DNA from: an uncultured Acidobacteriota bacterium
GTDB lineage: Bacteria > Acidobacteriota > Thermoanaerobaculia > Thermoanaerobaculales > Sulfomarinibacteraceae
Direction of reading: 5' to 3'
DNA length: 64,000 nt
NCBI GenBank assembly: GCA_963844845.1
Contig: CAWJPW010000009.1
Coordinates: forward strand, 155,599 to 219,598
The translations under genes were made by a program, and so were the position numbers. This document shows, one piece after another, positions 1 to 9,976 of the stretch; within the stretch, counting starts at the first letter, position 1, and each line of letters starts with the position of its first letter. Under the pieces are notes generated by a model, which saw only the letters and a list, made by a program, of their open reading frames with translations, was not told the DNA's origin and made no database searches.

Positions 1-528
1 GCCACACCCGGCGGCTTCGCACCGAGGCCGGACGGCTCTCGGACGGAGGGTCCCCGGGCGTCGGGCTTCACGCTGGTGGAGATCCTCGTCGTCGTCGCTC
101 TCCTCGGGGTGGCGGCACTGATCGTGACGGCCAACATGGGCACGGTGCTCCGGCGCTCCCAGCTCGAAGGAACCACCACCGAGCTCACGTCGTTCCTCGA
201 CGCGGTGCCTCGCGCCGCGTTCGAGCGCCGCGCGCCCGTGTTTCTCCAGTGGAGCTCGAGCACCCGCACCTTCGCCGTCACCACTGATGCTGCGGGAGCT
301 TCAGTGCTCGACACGTTCCGTCTCCCCGACTCGGTGAACGCGACGGTGGGCCTACCGGCGACGCTGCGCTGCGACACGATCGGCCGGGCCTACGTCGGCA
401 CGAACGGGGTGATGCTCGGCAATGTGCAGACGGTGCAGCTGGCCCAGGCCGCTGGCTACGACAGCCCCATCTACACGCTGACGCTGTCGCCCCTGTGGGC
501 GGTCGTCGTTACCAAGCAGATGAGTTAG
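1..528 (+). CDS. Type IV minor pilin, FimT/FimU/GspH-like (5' truncated by window edge)
   Basis: Frame open from base 1; class III signal G|FTLVEILVVVALLG at 64-108; first gene of the pilin cluster. Confidence 0.8.
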   Translation, partial: ATPGGFAPRPDGSRTEGPRASGFTLVEILVVVALLGVAALIVTANMGTVLRRSQLEGTTTELTSFLDAVPRAAFERRAPVFLQWSSSTRTFAVTTDAAGASVLDTFRLPDSVNATVGLPATLRCDTIGRAYVGTNGVMLGNVQTVQLAQAAGYDSPIYTLTLSPLWAVVVTKQMS

Positions 529-540
529 GGAGGTGCACGG

Positions 541-1023
541 GTGAACCAGACAGAGCTCGCTCGGCACGACGAACGCGGCCAGTCACTGGTCGAGGTACTC
601 GCCGCCCTCGCGATCATGCTCCTCGTGATGGTGGGCGTTCTCCAGCTCTTCACGATGGGACTGCTCAGCTACCGGGTCAGCACCGCACAAAGCGAGATGA
701 CCAACAAGGCGCAGGCCGTGGTCGAGGTGATCCGCATGGTGAACTCCCTCGGCCTCACCGCCAACAACGGCGGCATCCTTCCCCTCGCCACGAGCACCCG
801 GAACCTGCCGGTCACCTCCAGCGACGCCAACTGGGCGTTCTGGGGACCCGCCGGGTTCGGGATCATCCAGCCCGACTCCAAGTTCCGGATCTCATACCAG
901 ATCACCGACGACGGCGTCGACTGGGTTGTCGCCGTCTTGGTGGAGCCGGGAACCACCGGATCCACCTACCTCGGCCCGGTGGGCCAGAAGGGTATCCGCT
1001 ATGCGGCCCGTGTCCCCAAGTGA
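541..1023 (+). CDS. Type IV minor pilin, PilV-like
   Basis: Prepilin motif RG|QSLVEVLAALAI; GGAGG RBS before GTG; position in operon. Confidence 0.75.
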   Translation: MNQTELARHDERGQSLVEVLAALAIMLLVMVGVLQLFTMGLLSYRVSTAQSEMTNKAQAVVEVIRMVNSLGLTANNGGILPLATSTRNLPVTSSDANWAFWGPAGFGIIQPDSKFRISYQITDDGVDWVVAVLVEPGTTGSTYLGPVGQKGIRYAARVPK

Positions 1024-2191
1024 GCCAACCTCCCGGCATGCCTCCGATGGCCCAGCGGCACCGGGTGGTGGCGGCTTCACGCTGGTGGAAATCCTCGTCG
1101 CCCTGGCGCTCACCGCGCTGATCCTGACGATGGCCGGCCAGATCGTCATGTCCATGAAGCGCAGCGCCGACCGCATGCGGCTCAAAGCGGAGACCCATGA
1201 GCTGGCGCAGAAGGCCGCCGACTACGTCGCCTACCACCTGCGCGCCGCCAGCGACATGAACCGCCCGCCGGGCACCGGCACCAACAACCCGGCGGCGGTG
1301 ATCACCTGGTACCTCCGCAACGGGGCCAACGTCCAAGCCTCCTACAACAACGTGACCAACGCCAACCTGGCGGACGTGAACACCGACATCATCACGGTGG
1401 CGATGCCCACAGCCTCGACGCGGGCCTCGTACGATGCCAGCAGCGGCAGCTTCCCGGGTGTCGCCAGCAGCACCGCCGCCAGCTGGGCTTTCGGGCTCGG
1501 CTGCCCCAGCGACACCGACAACCTGAACCTCTTCAAGTCGCTCACGGGGTTCGACGGAACCGGAGGCGGTCCCGTCCTGCTGGTGGACTCGACCGGCGGC
1601 TACGCCTACTACCAGATCACCGCCTACGGCGCCAGCAGCTGCAGCTCCACCCCCCCGACCGTCTCAGTCACCGCCAACCCCGCCGCCGCGACGTTGATCA
1701 CGCCGATGCCGGGGGAGCTGGCCCTGAACGCCGCGAGCCTTCCCCTCCTCTTGCAGGTGAGCATCCACTTCTACTCGTTCAGGGTGCGCAACGGCTGGCT
1801 CGAGCAGAAGGAAGGGCTCTTCGACCCCGCCACGGACAATCCGGGCACTGCATTCGTGCCGATCCTCCCGCAGATCGAAGATCTCCAGCTGGCGTGGGTG
1901 TTTGCTGACGGCACCGTGTGGAACACCCCAGTCCAGCAGCTCAATGCGGCCACCTATCCCGGCAGCATCCCCAGCCAGGGCACTTCCGCCAACCCCTACG
2001 ACGTCGCCAACGTCCACGGCTTCCGCGTCGGTGTCTGCGCCCGCTCTGTCAGCGCGCTCACCTGGGACTCGGAGGCCAACTTCAAGCGCCCCGAGCTCGA
2101 GGACCACGCCGCCGCCACCGCCAGCGACCAGTTCTTCCATGAGGCCGTCTCCACGCTGGCGATGGTCCGAAACCGGAACCTGCAGCAATGA
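1001..2191 (+). CDS. Type IV minor pilin, PilW-like
   Basis: G|FTLVEILVALAL; C-terminal IEDLQL motif typical of PilW; start uncertain (ATG 1001 or GTG 1010, overlapping the upstream gene). Confidence 0.75.
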   Translation: MRPVSPSEPTSRHASDGPAAPGGGGFTLVEILVALALTALILTMAGQIVMSMKRSADRMRLKAETHELAQKAADYVAYHLRAASDMNRPPGTGTNNPAAVITWYLRNGANVQASYNNVTNANLADVNTDIITVAMPTASTRASYDASSGSFPGVASSTAASWAFGLGCPSDTDNLNLFKSLTGFDGTGGGPVLLVDSTGGYAYYQITAYGASSCSSTPPTVSVTANPAAATLITPMPGELALNAASLPLLLQVSIHFYSFRVRNGWLEQKEGLFDPATDNPGTAFVPILPQIEDLQLAWVFADGTVWNTPVQQLNAATYPGSIPSQGTSANPYDVANVHGFRVGVCARSVSALTWDSEANFKRPELEDHAAATASDQFFHEAVSTLAMVRNRNLQQ

Positions 2192-2202
2192 GGGAGGACG
2201 TC

Positions 2203-2865
2203 ATGATGAGCTCGCGACAGCGGGGATCCGCGCTGATGGTGACCCTCGTGGTGCTGCTGGCGCTCAGCGCCATCGGCATCGGAATCGTCTCCCTCATGGA
2301 GTCGCAGGCGAAGTCGGCGGCGAGCACCACCCACGTCAAGGACGCGCTGTACGTGGCGGAGATGGGGCTGCGGAGGGGCGAGAACTTGCTGCTCGCGCAG
2401 GGTCCGGACCGGGCCGACACCCTGCTCCAGCACGTTGCCTCGGCCGCGAACCCGGCGGTGGCGCAGTCGGTCCCGCTCTACCCCGACACCCCGGCCCAGT
2501 ACGACGTGAACCACCTGGGCACGTATCTCCTCGACGTCTCCAACGCCGAGGTGGCGGGCCAGTCCGTCGCCCTGCCGCCGCCGTCCGACGGGAAGCCCAT
2601 GCCCCAGGCGTTCTTCAGCCTCTACGTGCGCAACAACGAGGCGGACACGTCGGTGGCCGACTACAACACCAGCAGCAACGCCCGCGAGGACAACGACCGC
2701 CGGCTCAACCTCGTCTCGGTGGGTTGGGTGCAGTCCGGCAACCGCGTACTGGCGGTGAAGATCCTCGAGGAGGAGTACTCGTGGGTGGGAGTCACCCAGG
2801 GGACGACGCTGCAGAAACTCAAGGACTCCGGGGGCACGAGCTCCGGGCAGTTTGGAGGAGGCTGA
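2203..2865 (+). CDS. PilX-like pilus assembly protein
   Basis: RG|SALMVTLVVLL (no Glu5, as in PilX) and ALYVAEMG motif; GGAGG RBS before ATG 2203. Confidence 0.75.
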   Translation: MMSSRQRGSALMVTLVVLLALSAIGIGIVSLMESQAKSAASTTHVKDALYVAEMGLRRGENLLLAQGPDRADTLLQHVASAANPAVAQSVPLYPDTPAQYDVNHLGTYLLDVSNAEVAGQSVALPPPSDGKPMPQAFFSLYVRNNEADTSVADYNTSSNAREDNDRRLNLVSVGWVQSGNRVLAVKILEEEYSWVGVTQGTTLQKLKDSGGTSSGQFGGG

Positions 2866-2867
2866 CA

Positions 2868-5800
2868 ATGTCTGACCCTACCTACACGGCACAGCCCCGG
2901 CCGCAGGCCGCCGCCCGCCGCCGTCCCCTTACCGGTCGCCGCGGCTCGACGGTCGTGGTTGCCGCCGCAGCCCTCCTGGTCGGACTCGCCGCCTTCGCGC
3001 CCGCGCAGGCGGAGGAGGGCTTCGACCTCATGCGCCAGATCACCAGCCAGTGGGTGAAGCCCAACGTCATGCTGGTGTTCGACCGCTCCGGGTCGATGGC
3101 CTACCCGGTGGACACCGATCACTACAGCAGCGGCCGCTGGTCGTACCGCTACAGCGACCGCTACCACGGTGATCTGGGAGACGACTATGCCGGCAGCCTC
3201 TACCTGGGCGCCGACACCACCGACCGGGTGAGCGGGGTCTACGGCACCGGCCAGGGGTACTGGGCGCGCATCGTCGTGCTCCGGGACTCGTGGGCGGGCC
3301 GCGTCTACCGCGACAACCTCTACCGGATGTACGTCGACCCGGGCGACCCGGGATGGCTTACCGGCGACGAGATCATCATCGAGGGGATGCCGGACTCCGT
3401 GGACAACGGCACCTTCGTGCTCACCAGCAATCCCACCCGCGACTACACCGCCGGCGGGACCTTCAACTACTACTTCACGCTCAAGAAGAAGTTCTCGGAC
3501 GGCACCTACGAGACCTCGAACCACGAGTTCCAGCGGCCCCACCACCGGCACGACGAATACAGCGCGTGCACCATGTACGCCGCCGCCGGCTCGTCGACCA
3601 AGAGCCTGTGGTACTTCGTGCCGCCCTCCCGCATGGCCATCGCCAAGAACGTGCTCGGCGACACCATCACGCTGTACGAGCCCTCGGCTGCGCCCACGGG
3701 CATCGACGAGTACGACCGCGATTACTGGGTCTTCTACGGCGAGGACGGCGGTCCCACCGACGGAGCTTTCTTCGACCAGGAGAACGACCGCTGGCAGAAC
3801 TGGACCAACAGCTCGAGCTCTGCGGCCCCGGTGGGCGACTCCAGCTACACCACCGTGGTTTCGCCCTCGGACATCGTCCGTCGCTTCTCGGACGTCATCA
3901 ACTGGGGCCTGCTCAGCTACGCTGGGTACTGTGTCGACTTCAACCCGAACCAGGCGGTCGTCTCCGACGACAGCGCCCAGGGCCCCGTGGTCGCGGCCAT
4001 CGAGACCAAGCTCTCGTTCGTCGGGACGGGAGGCCTCGATCCTAGCGGCGCCACGCCGACCCGGGCGGGTCTGGCGAGTGCCCAGACATCGCTCGCCACG
4101 ACTGCGGCGAGCGATTCGCGCCTCACCTGCGGGCGCAGCTACGGCGTCATCCTGATGACCGACGGTCAGTCCAACAACTGCAACAACGGCGGCAGCTACT
4201 GTTGGAAAGATCCCGGTGGCAACTGTGACGGGACCTACCCCGGCTACGACTGCCCCACAAACCCGCAGTTCTTCCCGCCCCAGAAGTCCGACAGCCTCTG
4301 GAACATGTCGGCGAGCGGCCAGAATCTCCACACGCGGACCTGGACCGTCGGCGTGAGCACCGGGGTCGGACGCTGTGAGCTGAACTATACCGCCTACAAG
4401 GGCCGTACCGACGCCGCCTCGCCCAACGGCGACGCCGGCTTCAACACCACCGCCGATCCCTACCTCCCCGGTGGCAGCCCGGGCACCTACAACACCGACC
4501 ACGGCGACTACGCCTACTTCTCCAACTCGGTGGCCGAGCTGCGCGAGGCCTTCATCGGCATCCTCTCGAGCATGGGCGTAGGCGACTACGCCACCGCGTC
4601 CCCGTCGGTGGCGGGCGGCAGCGCCGCCAGCGGCTCGCTGGGCATCCTGGGCAGCACAGAGTACCCCTCGTGGGAGGGGCACCTGCGCGCCTTCGACCTG
4701 TCCAAAACCACCACCGACACCGACTACCTCGTCTGGGACGCCGCCGAGGTCCTCGCCACCGGATCCGCGGCCCAGTCGCCGCAGCCCAACAACGGCCTCA
4801 CGCGGCGGATCTTCACTTGGAACCCGAGCAGCAACGACGACTTGGTGGAGATCACCCAGAGCAACGTCGCCACCCTCGACACCATCTGCGGCAGCTGCGG
4901 CATCACCCCCGAGGTGGTCGACTTTATCCGCGGCGGTAACGGCAACGTCGACACCAGCACCGATCCGCCCACGCCGGGCAGCCTCCGACCCATGCTCCTG
5001 GGCGCGCTCATCAACTCGACGCCGGCGATCGTCGGGCCTCCGGCCTCGTGGGAGCAGAACACCCTGTACGAGCACTCCAGCTTCCAGAACGAGTACGGCA
5101 CTCGCCACCGCATGGTCTGGGTCGGCACCTCGGACGGGATGGTGCGTGCTTTCGACATCATCGACGGCGCCGAGGTCCTCGCCCTTGTACCGCCCGACCT
5201 TCTCGACAACCAGGTGACGCTCTACAACAACTACGCCGAGAAGCCGATCAGCCGCCCGTTGGGCCAGACTGGTCTGCCGTCCGACCACGTCTACGGCGTC
5301 GCCAACTCGATCCGCTTCGCCGACGTGTACTTCCCGGGTGTCAGCGGCACGCCGGGTGAGTACAAGACCGTCATGTACGTCACCGAGGGCCCCGGAGGCA
5401 GCGGGCTCCACGCCATCGACGTGACCCACGCCTACCCCGGCCGCACCATCGACGGGCAAACCTACGATCCCGACCCGAGCTTCGGCTACGTCCAGGACGG
5501 TACCGATCCGGTGCACGTGTTGTGGAGCGTGACCGCCGACGGCGAGGCCGGCACCACGGCCGTCGCCGCTCTGGGCGACACCTGGTCGGTACCCTCGGTC
5601 GCGGCGACCGCCAACACGAGCTGGATGCTGGAGATCGGCGCCGGCTACAAGGACAACACCGGGAACACGATCACCCCGAAGACCCTGTTCTTCGACCCCA
5701 CCACCGGCGCCCCGGTCAACGGCACCAGCACGAACTCCACCACCACCGCCACCAACAGCAGCACCCGTTACGTCGGCAACCAGACCTTCGCCGACTCCGT

Positions 5801-6566
5801 GCTCTGGAAGAACAGCTCCGGCATCTTCGCGGAGGACAACGTCGCCGGCGAGGGCGTCCAGGCCGACCTCAACGGCCACCTGTGGCGGATCACCAAGGGC
5901 AGCAGCATGAGCGCCTCGAACCTGGTGACCCTCTCCACTGCCGAGCCGCTCTACTACCCACCCGCGGTGGCCGGCTACCCTGCCGCCCCGGTGACCTACT
6001 CGCTTTACGCCTACTCGTCGGGCAGCTTCTTCGAGAAGAGCACGATGGTGAACGGCCCGAACACCGGCAACAGCGGCTACTTCATCCCCGCGATCCACAT
6101 CGCGGCCAGGACCCTGAGCGACGGCTCGGTGAGCCACGCCTCGGTCCCGCTCAAGAACATCCCCATTGATGACCAGGGGCACACCCTCGGCCGGCGCAGC
6201 CAGGTGACCGCGCCGCCAATGCTCTTCACCCCACGCCAGGGGGTCGATGCCAAGCCCTTCGCGCTTTACCTCATCTACGACCCGGACGGCTCGGCCTGCG
6301 TGGGCCTGTCCTACATCGTCCGGATCAACTTCGACCCCGCGAACCTCAACCTGCTGCAGAGCGACCTCGGCTCGGGCGACAAGGTCGAGGTCTACGAGGC
6401 CGGCGAGGGCACCTCGGGCGGCTTCGCGCTGGCCGGCGAGAAGGTCCTCGTCGCGCAGTCCGACGTTGGTGAGAACCCCGAGGCGGGGCTGGTGGAGGTC
6501 CCGAACCTCGCCATTCCCCAGGGCGGAGGCAACCGGAACGTAAACTGGTGGGTGGAGCTGCAGTAG
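2868..6566 (+). CDS. pilY1: PilY1/PilC-like type IV pilus tip adhesin with vWA domain (~1232 aa)
   Basis: Signal peptide; MIDAS-like VFDRSGSM, GATPT, ILMTDGQSN; WEGHLRAF, LGALINSTP, DGMVRAFD, LGDTWSVP and C-terminal WWVELQ typical of the PilY1 propeller; GGAGG RBS. Confidence 0.8.
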   Translation: MSDPTYTAQPRPQAAARRRPLTGRRGSTVVVAAAALLVGLAAFAPAQAEEGFDLMRQITSQWVKPNVMLVFDRSGSMAYPVDTDHYSSGRWSYRYSDRYHGDLGDDYAGSLYLGADTTDRVSGVYGTGQGYWARIVVLRDSWAGRVYRDNLYRMYVDPGDPGWLTGDEIIIEGMPDSVDNGTFVLTSNPTRDYTAGGTFNYYFTLKKKFSDGTYETSNHEFQRPHHRHDEYSACTMYAAAGSSTKSLWYFVPPSRMAIAKNVLGDTITLYEPSAAPTGIDEYDRDYWVFYGEDGGPTDGAFFDQENDRWQNWTNSSSSAAPVGDSSYTTVVSPSDIVRRFSDVINWGLLSYAGYCVDFNPNQAVVSDDSAQGPVVAAIETKLSFVGTGGLDPSGATPTRAGLASAQTSLATTAASDSRLTCGRSYGVILMTDGQSNNCNNGGSYCWKDPGGNCDGTYPGYDCPTNPQFFPPQKSDSLWNMSASGQNLHTRTWTVGVSTGVGRCELNYTAYKGRTDAASPNGDAGFNTTADPYLPGGSPGTYNTDHGDYAYFSNSVAELREAFIGILSSMGVGDYATASPSVAGGSAASGSLGILGSTEYPSWEGHLRAFDLSKTTTDTDYLVWDAAEVLATGSAAQSPQPNNGLTRRIFTWNPSSNDDLVEITQSNVATLDTICGSCGITPEVVDFIRGGNGNVDTSTDPPTPGSLRPMLLGALINSTPAIVGPPASWEQNTLYEHSSFQNEYGTRHRMVWVGTSDGMVRAFDIIDGAEVLALVPPDLLDNQVTLYNNYAEKPISRPLGQTGLPSDHVYGVANSIRFADVYFPGVSGTPGEYKTVMYVTEGPGGSGLHAIDVTHAYPGRTIDGQTYDPDPSFGYVQDGTDPVHVLWSVTADGEAGTTAVAALGDTWSVPSVAATANTSWMLEIGAGYKDNTGNTITPKTLFFDPTTGAPVNGTSTNSTTTATNSSTRYVGNQTFADSVLWKNSSGIFAEDNVAGEGVQADLNGHLWRITKGSSMSASNLVTLSTAEPLYYPPAVAGYPAAPVTYSLYAYSSGSFFEKSTMVNGPNTGNSGYFIPAIHIAARTLSDGSVSHASVPLKNIPIDDQGHTLGRRSQVTAPPMLFTPRQGVDAKPFALYLIYDPDGSACVGLSYIVRINFDPANLNLLQSDLGSGDKVEVYEAGEGTSGGFALAGEKVLVAQSDVGENPEAGLVEVPNLAIPQGGGNRNVNWWVELQ

Positions 6567-6594
6567 GCGGCCCGCCTCCCACGCCAGCAGACAC

Positions 6595-6622
6595 CGCCGC
6601 CCCGGGGCATCCCGGGGCGGCG
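6595..6622 (+). terminator. Hairpin after pilY1
   Basis: 12-bp stem cgccgccccggg/cccggggcggcg, loop gcat, followed by ttctcgtctc. Confidence 0.6.
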
Positions 6623-6674
6623 TTCTCGTCTCCGACGGCCGCAGGGGACGCCCTCGCCCTGCTACCCTCTCCGG

Positions 6675-7337
6675 ATGCAGCTCGAAAGCCCCGGCCCACG
6701 GCGAGCGCGCGAGCGCACGCGGCGCTTCTTCCAGCGCGCGGCCTTCGCCTTCCGATTCATCGATCGACGCCTGCTCGCGGACTACCGCACGGCTCTCGCC
6801 GGCTTCGACCTGCCGCCGGAGCTGGACATCCTCGACCTGGGTACCGGAACCGGGTCTCTCGCCCTTGCCTTCGCCGAGCGCGGGCATCAGGTGGTGGGGC
6901 TCGACTTCGTCCCGCGCCTGCTACGGCGCGCTCGCGCCCGAGTTCCGTCCGGCGACTTCCGACTCCTCGATCTCGCTCATCTCCCACGGCTGCCCGCCGA
7001 CAGCGCGGACGTGGTCGCCGCAGCCCACGTGCTGCACGGCCTCGACCCCGATCTCAGGGCATTCGTGCTCGCACAGGCCGTCCGTCTCACGCGGCGCTTC
7101 GTGCTCATCATCGACTACGCGGATGGCTCCGGTCCCTGGTACGTCCGCTTCATCGAGCGCCTCGAGGGTCCGTACTACCGTGAGTTCGTCCACCGCCCCA
7201 TGGCCGCGCGACTGACCGACGCCGGGCTTCGAGCCGTCGATCGCGTGGTGACCTCGAGCTTCGGCGCCGCGTGGCTCGCCCGACCGATGGGCGGCACTGC
7301 GGTCGGGGACTTCAAGCCAGCGCCTCCTCCACCGTGA
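6675..7337 (+). CDS. Class I SAM-dependent methyltransferase
   Basis: ILDLGTGTG motif I, VVGLDF, SADVV. Confidence 0.85.
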   Translation: MQLESPGPRRARERTRRFFQRAAFAFRFIDRRLLADYRTALAGFDLPPELDILDLGTGTGSLALAFAERGHQVVGLDFVPRLLRRARARVPSGDFRLLDLAHLPRLPADSADVVAAAHVLHGLDPDLRAFVLAQAVRLTRRFVLIIDYADGSGPWYVRFIERLEGPYYREFVHRPMAARLTDAGLRAVDRVVTSSFGAAWLARPMGGTAVGDFKPAPPPP

Positions 7338-8658
7338 CCGCATCGACCAGCCCACGGCATCCGTAGAGGGTAGGGATGACGTCCTCCGCCGGGTAATCGT
7401 GCCGCAGCTTCGCCACGAGCTGGGTTCCGACGCGGTAGGCCGGGAGGTACATCCGGCCGAGGATCGGATGGCCGGCCCACGGACCCGAGAGCTTGGCCGC
7501 ACGCTCATCCGAGACCACGAACTCGCCGCGCAGCCGCGCCTGCACGTCCGTTTGCGGCACACCCTCGGCCCAGCGCAGGTAGGAAGCCTGGTTCTTGGCG
7601 TCGTCCTGGAGCAGCGCCAGAAGCAGCCCGATCTCCAGGTCGGGATCATCCAGCTCGTCCGGCGTCGTCACTCCGTGCGCCATCAGGATCGCGTTGTTGG
7701 CGATCCCCTCGAACAGCGTCGCCCCACGGGTGTTCATGGTCAGGACCGTGGCCTCGAAGCCCACCTCGCCGCGCTCGTACAGCTCTTGCAGCAGCGCGAA
7801 CGTGGTCACGTGGCCCGGCACCACTTCGTGGCTCACGAGTTCCAGGAACTCCGGCACCGAGATCTCGAGCGACGCGTTGATCTCGTAGCTGGCCTCGTAC
7901 TCCGGGCGGCCTTCCGCGGTGCGGGCCCGGCCGAGGTAGTTCATCGAGCCGGAGAACCAGGCCTCCTTGATGGGCAAAAAGGCGACGTTCGCCCGGGGCA
8001 CGCTGTGGAGGCGCTCGGGGAGACACGGAAGCAGATGCTGCGCAGTGAGGGCGTCCAGCTGCGCGATGAACGCCGTCGCCAGAGTGGGGATCGCGGCACC
8101 GGGCACCCGTCGGTCGGCACGCCAGGCATCCACCGCCGTCAGCAAAGCCTGCTCGTTGTCGGCCGGGTACCCAGCTGCGGCCAGCAAACCGGCGAGCCGC
8201 TCCCGGAGTGCGCCCGGGCGAGAAGGTTCGGGGGCGGCCCCGGTCGAGGCGCGAACGCATCGTTCGTAGGGCACGGGCTCGCCCCGGTCGAGACACTCCA
8301 TCGCCAGATCCCACATCACCTCGAGACAGAGCGTCAGTCCCGCGAGGTAGGACCCGCGAAGGCCTCCAAGCCTCGGGGCTTCTGCGGCGACGTCCCGCAC
8401 CGCACCCGCCACGTCTACCGCCGCCAGGTACGCCTCCACGGCCTCACGGTCCGGTGTGGCGCTCGACAGGCCACCGGTCTCCCGCAGTCGACCGGCTGCA
8501 GGATGGCTGTAACTTCGTGGCAGAGGCCGGTCGGCGAACCAGGAGTCTGCGATGAACCGTCCGGTACCCGAAAGACACATCACATCTCCGCCCCACAGCG
8601 TGTCGATGCCCAGAATCGCCTCGGCCAGCCAGCCATCAAGCTCGCTCGGGTCGCCCAT
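7312..8658 (-). CDS. Hypothetical protein with HExxPGH metallopeptidase-like motif (DUF885-like)
   Basis: 448 aa; VSHEVVPGH and downstream FEGIA; GGAGG RBS. Confidence 0.55.
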   Translation of the reverse strand: MGDPSELDGWLAEAILGIDTLWGGDVMCLSGTGRFIADSWFADRPLPRSYSHPAAGRLRETGGLSSATPDREAVEAYLAAVDVAGAVRDVAAEAPRLGGLRGSYLAGLTLCLEVMWDLAMECLDRGEPVPYERCVRASTGAAPEPSRPGALRERLAGLLAAAGYPADNEQALLTAVDAWRADRRVPGAAIPTLATAFIAQLDALTAQHLLPCLPERLHSVPRANVAFLPIKEAWFSGSMNYLGRARTAEGRPEYEASYEINASLEISVPEFLELVSHEVVPGHVTTFALLQELYERGEVGFEATVLTMNTRGATLFEGIANNAILMAHGVTTPDELDDPDLEIGLLLALLQDDAKNQASYLRWAEGVPQTDVQARLRGEFVVSDERAAKLSGPWAGHPILGRMYLPAYRVGTQLVAKLRHDYPAEDVIPTLYGCRGLVDAVTVEEALA

Positions 8659-8867
8659 GGTTTCCTCCCCTGCGTCGTTCGCCTGGCAATGACAGCACCC
8701 CGACGGATGGAAAGATCACTGAGTTATGGTATGTTCCACTCCTGTGAAGGGTGCGCCGATACGCTTTCTTTGGAACCTCCCCCACCCACGATGCACCCCA
8801 GGATAACCTACGCTCGGCGGCGGGGAACGAGCGGATCGGTGAACTCGAGACAGGAGGAGCAGGCACC

Positions 8868-9938
8868 GTGTCGGCCAAACCGCTGGAGCTGACCCTCGAG
8901 CTGAGTCCACGTACTCGTTACGACGCCATCGACGTGCGGCGCCGAATCACTGACGAGTTCGGCGATGTGCTCTCGGGGTACCGGCGCAGCCTCTACTGCT
9001 CGCTCCACACCACAGCCGGCTTCCTCGACCAGGGCCTGTGCGCGCGCATGCAGCACCGGCGTGAGCGCCTGGATCCGATCTTCCGCGCCTTCCAGCGGCT
9101 CTTCCCGCCTGACGCGGGCTATCGTCATGATCAGCTCGATCTTCGCCGCGAGCTGTCCGCCGACCAGCGCCTCGTCGAACCGAAGAACGCCGATTCGCAT
9201 CTCACCTTCATCGGCTCCGGGCTCCGTAACTGCGTAAGCTACGTGAACCACCCCAACGAGCCTGTCTACTTCATGGATCTCGACGGAGTCAATGGCAGCA
9301 CCGCCCGTCTGCGCCGGGCCGCGGTGCTCGCCTATGACAACGAGCGGACCGTGGACACGCTGCGCTTCGCGGTTCCCGTGTCGACCCACGCCATCGACTC
9401 GGTCAACCTCCTCGACTCGCGCATCGGCCTCATGGCGCGCATCGAAGAGCTGCTCGAACGCAATGACGTGGAGCAGGGCCGGGTCCTGCTCACCCTCGAT
9501 CCCGACGAGCGCGACGCGGCGGTCACCGTCAACGAGTACGAGACCCTGCTCATGCAGAACGACCTCGTGGACGTCCTCCGCGACCCGTTCCGGTTCGTCG
9601 CCCAGCGCGGCCGCAATATGCTGCGCGACCCCCTTGCCATCCCCGTGAAGAGCCTCGGCTACGCCAAGTACGATGTTGTGCAGCTCCTCAAGGAGATGAT
9701 CGACGCCTTCGGCATGAGCGACACCTCCCTCGAGCGCCTCCTCTCCCGCGTGATGGCCTACCCGGCATCGAGGCTACTCAGGCTGCGCCGCACCGCCAGT
9801 CTGCCGGTGACCCTCAACGGCGGGCCTCGGCCCACCCTGATCCGCGGGACCTACCAGAGCCCCATTCTGATCCAGTGGCGCAAGCCGGGAAGCGCCGGCG
9901 CCCGCCAGGTCACGGTGACACTCACGCGCCTTTCGTGA
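8868..9938 (+). CDS. Double-length YjbQ/UPF0047-like protein
   Basis: N-half LHTTAG, YRHD, NADSHL; C-half VTVNEYE, RGTYQSPILI; AGGAGG RBS before GTG 8868. Confidence 0.6.
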   Translation: MSAKPLELTLELSPRTRYDAIDVRRRITDEFGDVLSGYRRSLYCSLHTTAGFLDQGLCARMQHRRERLDPIFRAFQRLFPPDAGYRHDQLDLRRELSADQRLVEPKNADSHLTFIGSGLRNCVSYVNHPNEPVYFMDLDGVNGSTARLRRAAVLAYDNERTVDTLRFAVPVSTHAIDSVNLLDSRIGLMARIEELLERNDVEQGRVLLTLDPDERDAAVTVNEYETLLMQNDLVDVLRDPFRFVAQRGRNMLRDPLAIPVKSLGYAKYDVVQLLKEMIDAFGMSDTSLERLLSRVMAYPASRLLRLRRTASLPVTLNGGPRPTLIRGTYQSPILIQWRKPGSAGARQVTVTLTRLS

Positions 9939-9976
9939 CGGTTGCACCGCTCGTGGGGACGCGGCATGATGAGGCC

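Noticed and set aside
1902-2867. 5' extension making PilY1 1554 aa in the ORF track
   Set aside because: It overlaps the PilW- and PilX-like genes in another frame; ATG 2868 has an RBS and a signal peptide.
2661-6887. 1408-aa minus-strand ORF and similar long antisense ORFs (17093-19162, 37348-39063, 49266-50939, 53306-54811)
   Set aside because: Shadow frames of real high-GC genes; no recognisable motifs.
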